A DNA stretch of 64,000 nt, taken from an uncultured Alphaproteobacteria bacterium. GTDB taxonomy: Bacteria; Pseudomonadota; Alphaproteobacteria; CAZZKF01. Positions 1 to 9,109 of this stretch are shown here, one piece after another. The notes beneath the pieces are model-generated. The model was not told the DNA's origin. It saw nothing but the letters and a program-made list of their open reading frames with translations, and ran no database searches. Both the position numbers and the translations under genes were made by a program. Numbering within the stretch: position 1 is the first letter of the stretch; every line of letters starts with the position of its first letter. The stretch lies in assembly GCA_964654995.1 (NCBI GenBank), contig CAZZKF010000005.1, positions 1,616 through 65,615 on the forward strand. The letters are read 5' to 3'.

Positions 1-772
1 CCGCGCGAATGGCGCGGCGCCGCAGGCGCTTGGGAAAATGCGGCTCAACGACCCGCAGGATCTTGTCGAGCCGCAGCAGCAGAGCGCCCCAGACGGTGCC
101 GGTAAGGTTCTTCTGAAACTCCCTGATCTCGGCCGGCGGGGTCGCGAACAGCTCCTGAATGTCGACGCCGCGCGGATTGCGGGCCACCGGCTTGAGCGCC
201 GCCAGCACGAGGAGCGGCGCGATCACCGTGCGCGACCAGTAGGAAATCTTGCTCACATGGAAGGGAAACCAGCGCGGCAGCAGCATCACCTCGACCGGCA
301 TCACCGGCACGGCCCGCCACGGAAGCTGGCCGAACAGGGCCAGCGCGTAGCGGGTAAAGACATTGGCCTGCTCGGCGCCGCCATGGGCGAGAATGGCGGC
401 GCGGGCACGGCGCATGTGCGGTGCATCCGGATCGTCGCCGACCAGCTTGAGGGCAAAGTAGGCCTTGACGCTGGCGCTGATATCGAAATCGCCGTCGTAA
501 AACAGCGGCCAGCCGCCGTGAGTCCCCTGCTCGGCCCGGATGTAGGCGGCGAGCTTGGCCTCCACCGCCTCGTCGATATCGTCGAGGAAATGCTCGAGCA
601 GGATGTATTCGGCCGGGATGGTGACATCCGCCTCGAGCTCGAACAGCCACTCGCCGTCGTCGCGCTGCAAGGCGATGAGCGCCTCGCCGGCGTCCTGCAC
701 GCAGGCGGCGACGCGCTCGAGAAGCCCGGCGTCTGCCCTCGGTTCAACAGGTTGCGAACCCGCGCGAGTCAT
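1..772 (-). CDS. shc: squalene-hopene cyclase, N-terminal 257 codons; 5'-partial gene continuing beyond the window start
   Basis: I translated the minus strand by hand from the ATG at 772 (rc of 770-772 'cat') and found no stop through position 2. The product begins MTRAGSQPVEPRADAGLLERVAACVQDAGEALIALQRDDGEWLFELEADVTIPAEYILLEHFL. This carries the QxxDGxW repeat and the EAEY(I/V)LL.H.L N-terminal signature of SHC. The ORF track missed it because it runs off the window edge. It sits directly downstream of hpnE. Confidence 0.8.
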   Translation of the reverse strand, partial: MTRAGSQPVEPRADAGLLERVAACVQDAGEALIALQRDDGEWLFELEADVTIPAEYILLEHFLDDIDEAVEAKLAAYIRAEQGTHGGWPLFYDGDFDISASVKAYFALKLVGDDPDAPHMRRARAAILAHGGAEQANVFTRYALALFGQLPWRAVPVMPVEVMLLPRWFPFHVSKISYWSRTVIAPLLVLAALKPVARNPRGVDIQELFATPPAEIREFQKNLTGTVWGALLLRLDKILRVVEPHFPKRLRRRAIRA

Positions 773-840
773 CGATCACACCCAAATTTGTAATATGTCA
801 GAGCGTTCGGACAAAAGCGGCCTATCATGCCAGTTCTTCC

Positions 841-2100
841 CTAAAGCGCAAGCAGTGCGCGTGCCGCCCGCTGGCCCGAGCGCACCGCCCCTTCGATGGT
901 TGCCGGCAGGCCGGTGGCCGTCCAGTCGCCGGCCACAAACAGATTGGCGAGATGGGGGCCGGGGCCGGGGCGGTGCGCCAGCGCCGCCGGCACCTGGGCG
1001 AAGGTGGCGCGGCGTTCCTTGATGACCCGCCAGGGCGGCATCCTGTCGGGATCCTGATCGAGGGCACGGGCGGCATCCGCCCAGGTGCGCCGGGCAATCT
1101 CTTCGGCCCGCGCATCGACCAGCGCACGCGCCGCGCTGATGGTGATGGACGCCACGTCGCCGCGCACGAACAGCCAGTGGGCGAGGCCACCGATCAGGCC
1201 CATGAACATGACCGGGCGGGCGGCCTCGGGCGGCGCCTCGAGCCGGAAATGGGCGCCGACGATCGGCTGGCTGCCGTCGGGCACCGGGATCTCCGGGCAC
1301 AGCCTGGCGAGCGCCCGGGGCGGAATCGCCAGCACCACCCGGTCGTCGGGCGCAAGTGTCACCTCATCGTCGTTGAAAATCAGGGCAGCGATGCGCCCGT
1401 CTTGTACCTCGAGGCGCTTGAGGGCGCGTCCGAAGGCCGGGGAAATGCCACGCGCCGCCAGATAGGAAAGCGCCGGATCGATCAGGCTGGCCGACAGGCC
1501 GTCGCGGGCGATCAGCGGCCGGCAGGCGGCACCACCGCGCCCGAAGGTCTCGACGAGCACCGGCCACAGCAGCCGAGCAGCGCCCTCGTCGATCGGCGCG
1601 TTGAGGACGGCAACGGTGAGCGGCTCCCAGAAGCGGCTGCGCGCGGCATCCGAAACGTGCAGGCGATCGGCCACCGTGTCATCGGCACCGGCGCGCGCCA
1701 GCCGCAGGCCGGCGAGATAATCGCGCGCTCCGGTGCCCGGCGCCCGGCGTGAGGCACAGGCCAGCCACCAGGGCAGGCGCCCGCGGTTGGGCCGCACGGC
1801 CCAGCGCGCACCTGTCGCCAGATCGATGAACGGAAAAACCGCGTCCGGCGCCTCGATGAAGCTTGCGCGGGCGCCGATCCGCATCAGATAGGCCATTGCC
1901 GAGCGATTGCCGCTGAGCAGCAGGTGATTGCCGTTATCGACCACACGCTCGAGCAGCGGATCGTAATAGGAGCGGCAGCGCCCGCCGGCATGGCCGGCGC
2001 GTTCATGAATGGCGACGTCGCGGCCCTTGGCCGCCAGATCCACCGCACAAGAGAGACCGGCCAGCCCGGCGCCGACGATGTGAACGGTTCCCGTTGCCAT
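841..2100 (-). CDS. hpnE: hydroxysqualene dehydroxylase HpnE (FAD-dependent amine-oxidase family)
   Basis: 419-aa ORF. The N-terminal Rossmann motif VHIVGAGLAGLSCA and overall length match the HpnE/phytoene-desaturase-like family. It lies between the squalene-synthase-family gene and shc. Confidence 0.8.
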   Translation of the reverse strand: MATGTVHIVGAGLAGLSCAVDLAAKGRDVAIHERAGHAGGRCRSYYDPLLERVVDNGNHLLLSGNRSAMAYLMRIGARASFIEAPDAVFPFIDLATGARWAVRPNRGRLPWWLACASRRAPGTGARDYLAGLRLARAGADDTVADRLHVSDAARSRFWEPLTVAVLNAPIDEGAARLLWPVLVETFGRGGAACRPLIARDGLSASLIDPALSYLAARGISPAFGRALKRLEVQDGRIAALIFNDDEVTLAPDDRVVLAIPPRALARLCPEIPVPDGSQPIVGAHFRLEAPPEAARPVMFMGLIGGLAHWLFVRGDVASITISAARALVDARAEEIARRTWADAARALDQDPDRMPPWRVIKERRATFAQVPAALAHRPGPGPHLANLFVAGDWTATGLPATIEGAVRSGQRAARALLAL

Positions 2101-2106
2101 CGCCGA

Positions 2107-2985
2107 TCACAGCAGCCCGTAGCGCAGCGCGATCGCCAGCTTTTCCAGCCGCGAGAGGTGAACCGGCTCGGCCAAGCGCTGCCAGCCGCGGGCCTCCAGA
2201 CGCTCGAGGATGCGAGCATAGACCTTCATCATGACGATCGCCGGCCGCATCGCCCGGCGTGAGCAGCGGGAAAGCGCCGCTTCCGCCTCGGCAAAGCGCG
2301 TGCGCGCGCGGGCCGCCACCTGCGCACAGGCTTCGGGCAGGCGCGGGTCCGAGAGCACGCAGGCCGGCTCGAGCGTGGTGATGCCGGCGGCCTCGAGCGC
2401 CTCGCGCGGCAGGTAGAGCCGGCCACGCCCGGCATCCTCATGAAGGTCGCGGAGAATGTTGGTGAGCTGCAGGGCCTCGCCGAGCTTGAGCGCCACCTCG
2501 CGGCCCGCCGGCCCGGATTCGCCGAAGACGCGGACCGACAGCACCCCGACGGCGCCGGCGACCCGGGCGCAATAGAGCTCGAGCTCGTCCCAGCTCGGCG
2601 CCCGCATGCGCTCGGCGGCATCCATTTCCATACCGTCGATGATCGCCAGAAAGGCCTCGCGTTCGAGCTTGAACGCGGAAACCGGACCGGCCAGCGCCCG
2701 GGCCGTGCGTGAGCGCGCCTCGCCGGCATAGAGCCGGTCGATCTCGGCCCGCCAGTCGGCCAGTGCGGTTTCCTTGGCCGGGCGCTCGTCGTCGCCGTCG
2801 GCGATATCGTCGACCTCGCGGCAGAAGGCGTAGATCGCGAACATGGCGTCGCGCCGGTGCTCGGGCAACAGACGCATCGCCCACATGAACGAGGTGCCGG
2901 ACTGGCGCACCACGTCGCGGGCATGATCGCGGGCCGCGGCCATATCGGTCTCGGGTTCACAGGCGGGGGTGGCGGCTTCGATCAT
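2107..2985 (-). CDS. hpnD: squalene/phytoene synthase family protein (HpnD/HpnC-like presqualene diphosphate synthase)
   Basis: The ORF runs 2107..3018, but the codon at 3018 is GTG. I chose the ATG at 2985, which has an AGAGAG purine tract upstream. Squalene/phytoene synthase features are present (SGTSFMWAMRLLP, Asp-rich DDIADGD). There is a 6-nt gap to hpnE. The start is uncertain and could be 3018 or 2943. Confidence 0.75.
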   Translation of the reverse strand: MIEAATPACEPETDMAAARDHARDVVRQSGTSFMWAMRLLPEHRRDAMFAIYAFCREVDDIADGDDERPAKETALADWRAEIDRLYAGEARSRTARALAGPVSAFKLEREAFLAIIDGMEMDAAERMRAPSWDELELYCARVAGAVGVLSVRVFGESGPAGREVALKLGEALQLTNILRDLHEDAGRGRLYLPREALEAAGITTLEPACVLSDPRLPEACAQVAARARTRFAEAEAALSRCSRRAMRPAIVMMKVYARILERLEARGWQRLAEPVHLSRLEKLAIALRYGLL

Positions 2986-3096
2986 GACGCTCTCTGGCCC
3001 ACGGTTTTCTCGCGCCACAACAATTTGGCCGGGAATCGCCCGTCCGATCCCGCGACATCCGACTGGCGGTGCGGGACAGCAGGCAATGAGGGCCGC

Positions 3097-5013
3097 TCAG
3101 GCGGTGGCCGGGGTGGCGATCCGTTCGCGGCCGAGAGCGGCAAGCGCGGTGGAGACGATGTTCGCCGCCTTCAGTCCGGCATCCGTGTACTGGGCATCCG
3201 GGGTGTCATGGGCAATGAACCGGTCGGGCAGCATCATCGGGCGCACCTTGAGGCCGCGGTCGAGCATCCCCTCATGGGCCAGATAGTTGAGCACATGCAC
3301 ACCGAAGCCGCCGATGGCCCCTTCCTCGATGGTGATGAACACCTCGTGCTCGCGGGCCAGCCGGCGGATGAGATCGGTGTCCAGGGGCTTGGCGAAACGC
3401 GCGTCCGCAACCGTCGTCGACAGGCCCAGCGCGGCGAGCTCGTCGGCCGCACGCAGGCATTCCTGCAGCCGGCCACCGAGCGACAGCAGCGCCACCTTGC
3501 TGCCTTCGCGCAAGACTCGGCCCTTGCCGATTTCCAGCGGCCGGCCACGTTCCGGCAGCTCGACGCCGACGCCTTCGCCGCGCGGGTAGCGGACCGCCGA
3601 GGGACGGTCGTCAATCGCCGCCGCGGTTGCCACCATGTGCTTGAGCTCGGCCTCGTCGGCCGCCGCCATGATGACGAAACCCGGCAGGCAGGAAAGATAG
3701 GTGATGTCGTAGCTGCCGGCATGCGTCGGCCCATCGGCGCCGACCACCCCGGCACGGTCGATGGCGAAGCGCACCGGCAGGCTCTGAAGCGCAACGTCAT
3801 GCACCACCTGGTCATAGGCGCGCTGCAGAAAGGTCGAGTAGATGGCGGCAAAGGGTTTGAGCCCCTGGGTCGCCAGGCCGGCGGCAAAGGTCACCGCATG
3901 CTGCTCGGCGATGCCGACATCGTAGGTCCGGTCAGGGAACGATTTTTCGAAAATATTGATCCCCGTGCCCGACGGCATGGCGGCGGTGATCGCCACGATC
4001 TTTTCGTCGTCTTCCGCCTCCTGCACCAAGGACTCGCCGAACACCCGGGTGTAGGTGGGCGCGTTGGATTTCGACTTGATCTGGGTGCCGGTGACCACGT
4101 CGAACTTGGGCACCGCATGGTATTTCTCGGCCGAGGGCTGCGGGAACGGGTGCCCGCGGCCCTTTTCGGTGACCACATGAAGAAGTACGGGCCCGAGATC
4201 ATGGGCGTCGCGGACATTTGAGAGCACGGGCAGCAAATGGTCGATGTTGTGGCCGTCGACCGGGCCGACGTAATAGAAGCCGAGCTCTTCGAACAGAGTG
4301 CCGCCGGTGAACAGCCCGCGGGCATATTCCTCCGCCCGGCGGGCCATTTCGCCGAGTCGGCGCGGGAACTTCTTGGCCATGCCGCGGCCGATGTCGCGCA
4401 ACGACAGAAACGGCTTCGAGGACAGCACGCGGGACAGATAGGCGCTCATGGCGCCGACTGCGGGTGCGATCGACATGCCGTTGTCGTTGAGGATGACGAT
4501 CAGCCGGCTGTTCATGGCGCCGGCATTGTTCATCGCCTCATAGGCCATGCCGGCGCTCATCGCACCGTCGCCGATGACGCAGATGACGTTGTAATCGTCG
4601 CCGTTGCGGTCGCGGGCCACCGCCATGCCGAGCCCGGCCGAGATCGAGGTCGAGCTGTGCGCCGCCCCGAACGGGTCGTATTCGCTTTCCGAGCGCTTGG
4701 TGAAACCATAGAGGCCGCCGCCCTGGCGCAGGGTACGGATGCGGTCGCGCCGCCCGGTCAGAATCTTGTGGGGATAGCACTGATGGCCGACATCCCAGAT
4801 CAGCTTGTCGTCGGGCGTATTGAAGACATAGTGCAGCGCCACGGTGAGCTCGACAACGCCGAGGCCGGCGCCGAGATGGCCGCCGATGCCGGAGACTGCA
4901 TCGATGGTTTCGGCCCGCAGCTCGTCAGCCAGTTGCTGAAGCTCGGACGCATCCAGTTCCCGCAGGTCGGCGGGCACGCGAACCTTGTCCAAAAGCGGAG
5001 TTTCAACGGCCAT
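3097..5013 (-). CDS. dxs: 1-deoxy-D-xylulose-5-phosphate synthase
   Basis: 638 aa. Typical DXS N-terminus ([14 protein letters not shown]) and the TPP-binding GDG(A)[14 protein letters not shown] motif. ATG at 5013 with a GGAGG Shine-Dalgarno 9-13 nt upstream. Confidence 0.95.
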   Translation of the reverse strand: MAVETPLLDKVRVPADLRELDASELQQLADELRAETIDAVSGIGGHLGAGLGVVELTVALHYVFNTPDDKLIWDVGHQCYPHKILTGRRDRIRTLRQGGGLYGFTKRSESEYDPFGAAHSSTSISAGLGMAVARDRNGDDYNVICVIGDGAMSAGMAYEAMNNAGAMNSRLIVILNDNGMSIAPAVGAMSAYLSRVLSSKPFLSLRDIGRGMAKKFPRRLGEMARRAEEYARGLFTGGTLFEELGFYYVGPVDGHNIDHLLPVLSNVRDAHDLGPVLLHVVTEKGRGHPFPQPSAEKYHAVPKFDVVTGTQIKSKSNAPTYTRVFGESLVQEAEDDEKIVAITAAMPSGTGINIFEKSFPDRTYDVGIAEQHAVTFAAGLATQGLKPFAAIYSTFLQRAYDQVVHDVALQSLPVRFAIDRAGVVGADGPTHAGSYDITYLSCLPGFVIMAAADEAELKHMVATAAAIDDRPSAVRYPRGEGVGVELPERGRPLEIGKGRVLREGSKVALLSLGGRLQECLRAADELAALGLSTTVADARFAKPLDTDLIRRLAREHEVFITIEEGAIGGFGVHVLNYLAHEGMLDRGLKVRPMMLPDRFIAHDTPDAQYTDAGLKAANIVSTALAALGRERIATPATA

Positions 5014-5265
5014 GGGTCCTGCCTCCCCTAGCGACCGCCGGCCCGGTCGGGGCCGTGCGACTATAATTACCGACGCGCCCGGTCAGGGAACGCCCTTTTG
5101 TCAAGACATTAACGCAAAGCTGGTCCATTTCAATCAAGACTTTATCACGCGTTTGTGAGTAATCGTCGTCAAGGCCAATGTATAAGGCCCTGATGTGTCA
5201 AGATTATGGCCGCTCTCGCCGCGGTCTTGTCGGATCCCGCGATCTCGTATCCGCTCTCGTGCCGC

Positions 5266-6444
5266 CTAGTCCGTCTGCGGCCCATAATGACGGCCTTTCC
5301 ATACCGCCCCCCGGCCCTGCCAGTAACGGCGCGCCGAATCCAGCGTCGCCAGCATGTAAATCATGGCAATCAGGGGCAGAAGCGGCGTCATATACCACGG
5401 CTGGCGATAATACGCCAGTGTCGGCCGATAGGACATCGACATCAACCCCCAGACGACCAGGCCGAGACTCGGCGCCGCGCCCCAGCTCACCAGAGCGCCG
5501 GCGCCGACCGCCAGCGGCGGCACCACATAGGTCACCACCATGCCAAACACGGTGCCGATCAGCAGCCACGGCGAGAACCGAAGCTGGCTGTAGGCGCCGC
5601 GGATGATCAATGCCCAGATACCTTTGAAACCGCCATAGGGGCGCAGGCTGCGGCTGTCTTCGCCAAGCCCGAGCCACAGCCGGCCGCCGGCGCGTTTGAC
5701 CGCCGCGGCCAGCGCACAGTCATCGATCAGATCGCCGCGAAAACGGGCGAGCCCGCCAGCCCGTGCAAGCGCCGCGCGGCGCACCAGCAGACAGCCGCCG
5801 GCCGCCCCGGCAATTCGGCTGTTCGGATCGGCGGTGGCGGCAAACGGATAAAGCATCTGGAAAAAGAACACGAAGGCCGGGATCAGCAGCCGCTCCCAAA
5901 GGCCCTGGCAGTGGAGGCGCACCATCAGCGAGACGAGATCACGGCGTTCGCGCTCGGCCTTGGCAACCAGGCGGCGCAGGGTATCGGGGCCGTGGAACAC
6001 GTCGGCGTCCGTCAACCACAGGAAATCGGCCTCGGGCGCCCAGGTCTCAGCCCGGCGCAGGCCCTGTTCAAGCGCCCACAGCTTGCCGGTCCAGCCCGGT
6101 TCCGGGCCGGCGCCGGAGACCACCTCGAAGGCAATGTCGCTGTGCGCCCGGGCAGCGGCGGCAGCGCGGGCGGCTTCGGCAGTGCCGTCGGCGCTGGCGT
6201 CATCGACCAGAATGACGGACAGGCGCCCCGGATAATCCTGGGCGAACAGGCCGGCGAGGCTGTCGCCGACGACATCCGCCTCGTTGCGGGCTGGGACAAT
6301 CGCCACCACCTCGGGCCAGGCGGGCGGCGCCGGTAGGTTGCGCGCAAGCCGCACATCGGCGCGCCAGAAACCCGCGCGGCCGAAAATCAGATAGAGCCAG
6401 ATCGCCAGCGCCGCGGCGGTTGCCCAGAGCCAGGGATCGCCCAT
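5266..6444 (-). CDS. family 2 glycosyltransferase, hopanoid-associated HpnB-like
   Basis: The ORF extends to 6657, but its first 71 codons are low-complexity and overlap the upstream gene. The internal ATG at 6444 (MGDPWLW...) lies 17 nt after the PhyH stop and has a GAGAGCGGGG upstream. The protein has an N-terminal TM helix, a GT2 catalytic core (VIVPARNEADVV, DxD-like LTDAD) and C-terminal TM helices. Its position beside shc/hpnE suggests an HpnB-type gene. Confidence 0.65.
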   Translation of the reverse strand: MGDPWLWATAAALAIWLYLIFGRAGFWRADVRLARNLPAPPAWPEVVAIVPARNEADVVGDSLAGLFAQDYPGRLSVILVDDASADGTAEAARAAAAARAHSDIAFEVVSGAGPEPGWTGKLWALEQGLRRAETWAPEADFLWLTDADVFHGPDTLRRLVAKAERERRDLVSLMVRLHCQGLWERLLIPAFVFFFQMLYPFAATADPNSRIAGAAGGCLLVRRAALARAGGLARFRGDLIDDCALAAAVKRAGGRLWLGLGEDSRSLRPYGGFKGIWALIIRGAYSQLRFSPWLLIGTVFGMVVTYVVPPLAVGAGALVSWGAAPSLGLVVWGLMSMSYRPTLAYYRQPWYMTPLLPLIAMIYMLATLDSARRYWQGRGAVWKGRHYGPQTD

Positions 6445-6460
6445 GGGATCAGCCCCGCTC

Positions 6461-7219
6461 TCAGACCCTGAAGGTGTATTGCTTGCCGGGCTCACGCTCG
6501 CAATCGGGAGGAAAGCCCTTGCGCTTGTCGGCGTAATAGCGCTCGCGGTGATCCCCGGCCGAGGTGCGGTTGTAGGTGATATAGAGAATGCGGCGCGACC
6601 GTTCGGTGCGGTTGGGCCCGGAGCCGTGCGGCGCATAGGAGTCGAAAAACGCCACATCCCCGGGTTTCGTGGGAAACGGCACGAAGTCCATGCCGGCGGT
6701 CTCGGCCTCGCTCAGGGGCTTCCATTCCTCGCCGATCAGGCCGCGGTCGTGAAAGCCGGCGGCGAGCTCCAGACAGCCGTTCTCCACCGTCGATTCATCG
6801 ATGCTGACCATCGCCGTGATGAAATAGTCGGCATACGCGTTCCAGCCCGCCTGCTGATCCTGATGCAGCTCGAAGCCGCCGCCGCCCGGCAGCTTGAAAT
6901 TGATCTTGTCCTTGTAGAGAACCGCCGGCTCGCCGAGCAGTTCCGCCACCGCGCCCTTGAGCCGGGGCTCGTCGAACAGGGCCTGGAAGCCGGCATGATA
7001 GGGATAGATGTTTTCGGCCCGCTGCAGCACCCGCACGCCGGGCTCAACGCGGCTGTCCTCGTAATACATCATGTGGCGGCCCGGCACTTCCGGCCAGGCG
7101 ACGATTTCATCGCACCAGGCGGCGATCCCGGCGATCTCGTCAGGCGCGAACAGGCCGCGCAGGATGACAAAACCATTGCGCTTGAAGTCAGCAATCTGCT
7201 GGGCGGTGAGGATGGCCAT
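6461..7219 (-). CDS. phytanoyl-CoA dioxygenase (PhyH) family Fe(II)/2-oxoglutarate-dependent oxygenase
   Basis: This is the C-terminal 252 codons of the artefactual 864-aa ORF 6461..9055. The real start is the ATG at 7219 (MAILTAQQIADFKRNGFVILRGLF...), a typical PhyH N-terminus. An HxD...H facial triad is present (FELHQDQ ... YAPHGSGPN). Confidence 0.8.
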   Translation of the reverse strand: MAILTAQQIADFKRNGFVILRGLFAPDEIAGIAAWCDEIVAWPEVPGRHMMYYEDSRVEPGVRVLQRAENIYPYHAGFQALFDEPRLKGAVAELLGEPAVLYKDKINFKLPGGGGFELHQDQQAGWNAYADYFITAMVSIDESTVENGCLELAAGFHDRGLIGEEWKPLSEAETAGMDFVPFPTKPGDVAFFDSYAPHGSGPNRTERSRRILYITYNRTSAGDHRERYYADKRKGFPPDCEREPGKQYTFRV

Positions 7220-7435
7220 GGCTATTTCCCCATACAACACGACGCCCCGAGCGGGGCCCGAACCCGCCCCGATTCTTAGCCCCGGCCCCGGTTCAACACC
7301 AAACAATTTTGCGTGTCGGCGGCGGGCTGCGCAGCGAGCGACGTTGAGGGCCCCCGCCCAATCCTCTATCCTGTCCAGACAAGACGGCACATCGTCGTTT
7401 CGCCGCCCGCACAACCGAACAGGGGGCACGGCTAG

Positions 7436-9109
7436 ATGACCGGCAAACATCGCCTGGAGCCCAAATCTGCAAGCCCGTGGAGCGACGCGGCGCCGACGAA
7501 GGCGGCGCGCTTTCGGGCCGAGCTCGAGTCGGCCGAGCTGTCGTTCCTGATGGAGGCCCACGACGGCCTGTCGGCCAAGGTCGTCGAGGAGGCCGGCTTT
7601 TGCGGCATCTGGGCCTCGGGCCTGGCGATCTCGGCGGCCATGGGCCTGCGCGACAACAACGAGGCCTCGTGGTCGCAGGTGCTCGAGGTGCTGGAATACA
7701 TGTCGGATGCCACGCGCATTCCGATCCTGCTCGACGGCGATACCGGCTACGGCAATTTCAACAATTTCCGGCATCTGGTGAAAAAGCTCGGCCAGCGCGA
7801 CATCGCCGCGGTGTGCATCGAGGACAAGCTGTTCCCCAAGACCAACTCGTTCATCGGCGAGCAGCAGCCGCTGGCCGACATCGACGAGTTCTGCGGCAAG
7901 ATCAAGGCCGGCAAGGACAGCCAGCTCGACGACGACTTCTCGATCATCGCCCGCGTCGAAGCCCTGATCGCCGGCTGGGGGCTGGATGAGGCCCTGCGGC
8001 GTGCCGAGGCCTATGCAGAGGCCGGGGCCGACGGCATCCTCATCCATTCCAAGCGCACCAGCGCCCGCGAGGTGCTGACCTTTGCCGCCGAATGGGCCGG
8101 GCGCAAGCCGCTGGTGATCGTGCCGACCATGTATTACGCGACGCCGACCGAGCGCTTCCGCGAGGCGGATATTTCCATGGTCATCTGGGCCAACCACAAT
8201 CTGCGCGCGGCCTTGAAGGCGATGCGCGAGGTCAGCCGGCGCATCTTCGAGGAGCAGAGCCTGGTCGGCATTGAAGGCCAGATCGCCAGCGTCCGCGACA
8301 TCTTCGAGATCACCGGCAACGACGAGCTGGCCGAGGCTGAGCGCCGCTATCTGGCCAAGGCCGAGCCGAGCGCGCGGGCCATCATTCTCGCCGCCTCGCG
8401 CGGCAGCGCGCTCGCCAAACTGACCGAGGATCGCCCCAAGTGCATGCTCGAGGTCGGCGGCCAGCCGATCCTGCGGCGCCTGGTCAGCACCTTGAATGAC
8501 GCCGGCATCCGCGACATCACCGTGGTCCGCGGCTATCGCAAGGAGGCGGTGGATCTGCCGGCGATTCGGACGGTCGATAACGATTCTTACGCCGAGACCG
8601 GCGAGGTCGCCTCGCTGGCCTGCGCTGCCGCGGCGCTCGAAGGCGATTGCATCGTCTCGTTCGGCGACATTCTGGTGCAGCGCTACATCGTCGGCGAACT
8701 GTTCGAGGCGCAAGGCGATATCGTCGTCGTCGTCGATGCCCTGTGGCGCCAGCGCAGCGATGTTGCCAGCCACGACAAGCGCGATCTGGCGCGCTGCAGC
8801 CGGCCGCGGCCGACCGACTGGCTGGATGACGAGCCGGTCTATCTGGAGGCGCTGGACACCGCCATCGACCCGGCCTGGACCCATGGCCGCTGGATCGGGC
8901 TGGTGAAACTGAGCGCCGCCGGCTGCCGGCTGGTGCGCGACGAGATCAAGGCGATGGGCGAGGACGGCGTGCTCGAGACCGCGTCGATGGCCGATCTGTT
9001 CAACCGGCTGATCGCCAAGGGCGTGCGCCCGGTGGTCCATTATGTCGCCGGCCACTGGCTCGACGTGAACGACGCCTTCGACCTTGCCCAGGCCCGCGAC
9101 TTCGTGTGA
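7436..9109 (+). CDS. pepM: phosphoenolpyruvate phosphomutase fused to a C-terminal nucleotidyltransferase domain (PepM::NTase)
   Basis: 557 aa. The N-terminal ~295 aa form an ICL/PEP-mutase fold ([25 protein letters not shown] motif characteristic of PepM). The C-terminal ~250 aa are sugar-nucleotidyltransferase-like ([30 protein letters not shown]). Confidence 0.85.
   Translation: MTGKHRLEPKSASPWSDAAPTKAARFRAELESAELSFLMEAHDGLSAKVVEEAGFCGIWASGLAISAAMGLRDNNEASWSQVLEVLEYMSDATRIPILLDGDTGYGNFNNFRHLVKKLGQRDIAAVCIEDKLFPKTNSFIGEQQPLADIDEFCGKIKAGKDSQLDDDFSIIARVEALIAGWGLDEALRRAEAYAEAGADGILIHSKRTSAREVLTFAAEWAGRKPLVIVPTMYYATPTERFREADISMVIWANHNLRAALKAMREVSRRIFEEQSLVGIEGQIASVRDIFEITGNDELAEAERRYLAKAEPSARAIILAASRGSALAKLTEDRPKCMLEVGGQPILRRLVSTLNDAGIRDITVVRGYRKEAVDLPAIRTVDNDSYAETGEVASLACAAAALEGDCIVSFGDILVQRYIVGELFEAQGDIVVVVDALWRQRSDVASHDKRDLARCSRPRPTDWLDDEPVYLEALDTAIDPAWTHGRWIGLVKLSAAGCRLVRDEIKAMGEDGVLETASMADLFNRLIAKGVRPVVHYVAGHWLDVNDAFDLAQARDFV

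Noticed and set aside
38-793. 251-aa plus-strand ORF (and the minus-frame ORFs 45..650 and 301..747) at the left edge.
   Set aside because: Their translations are Arg/Gly/Pro-rich and low-complexity. The third minus frame instead gives a clean squalene-hopene cyclase N-terminus with no stop to the window edge. I treated the others as frame artefacts.
6461-9055. 864-aa minus-strand ORF, the longest in this region.
   Set aside because: It is a chimera. Its C-terminal 252 codons are the real PhyH dioxygenase, with a proper ATG at 7219. The remaining ~600 codons are the antisense frame of pepM and have an Ala/Gly/Arg-biased composition typical of GC-rich antisense ORFs.
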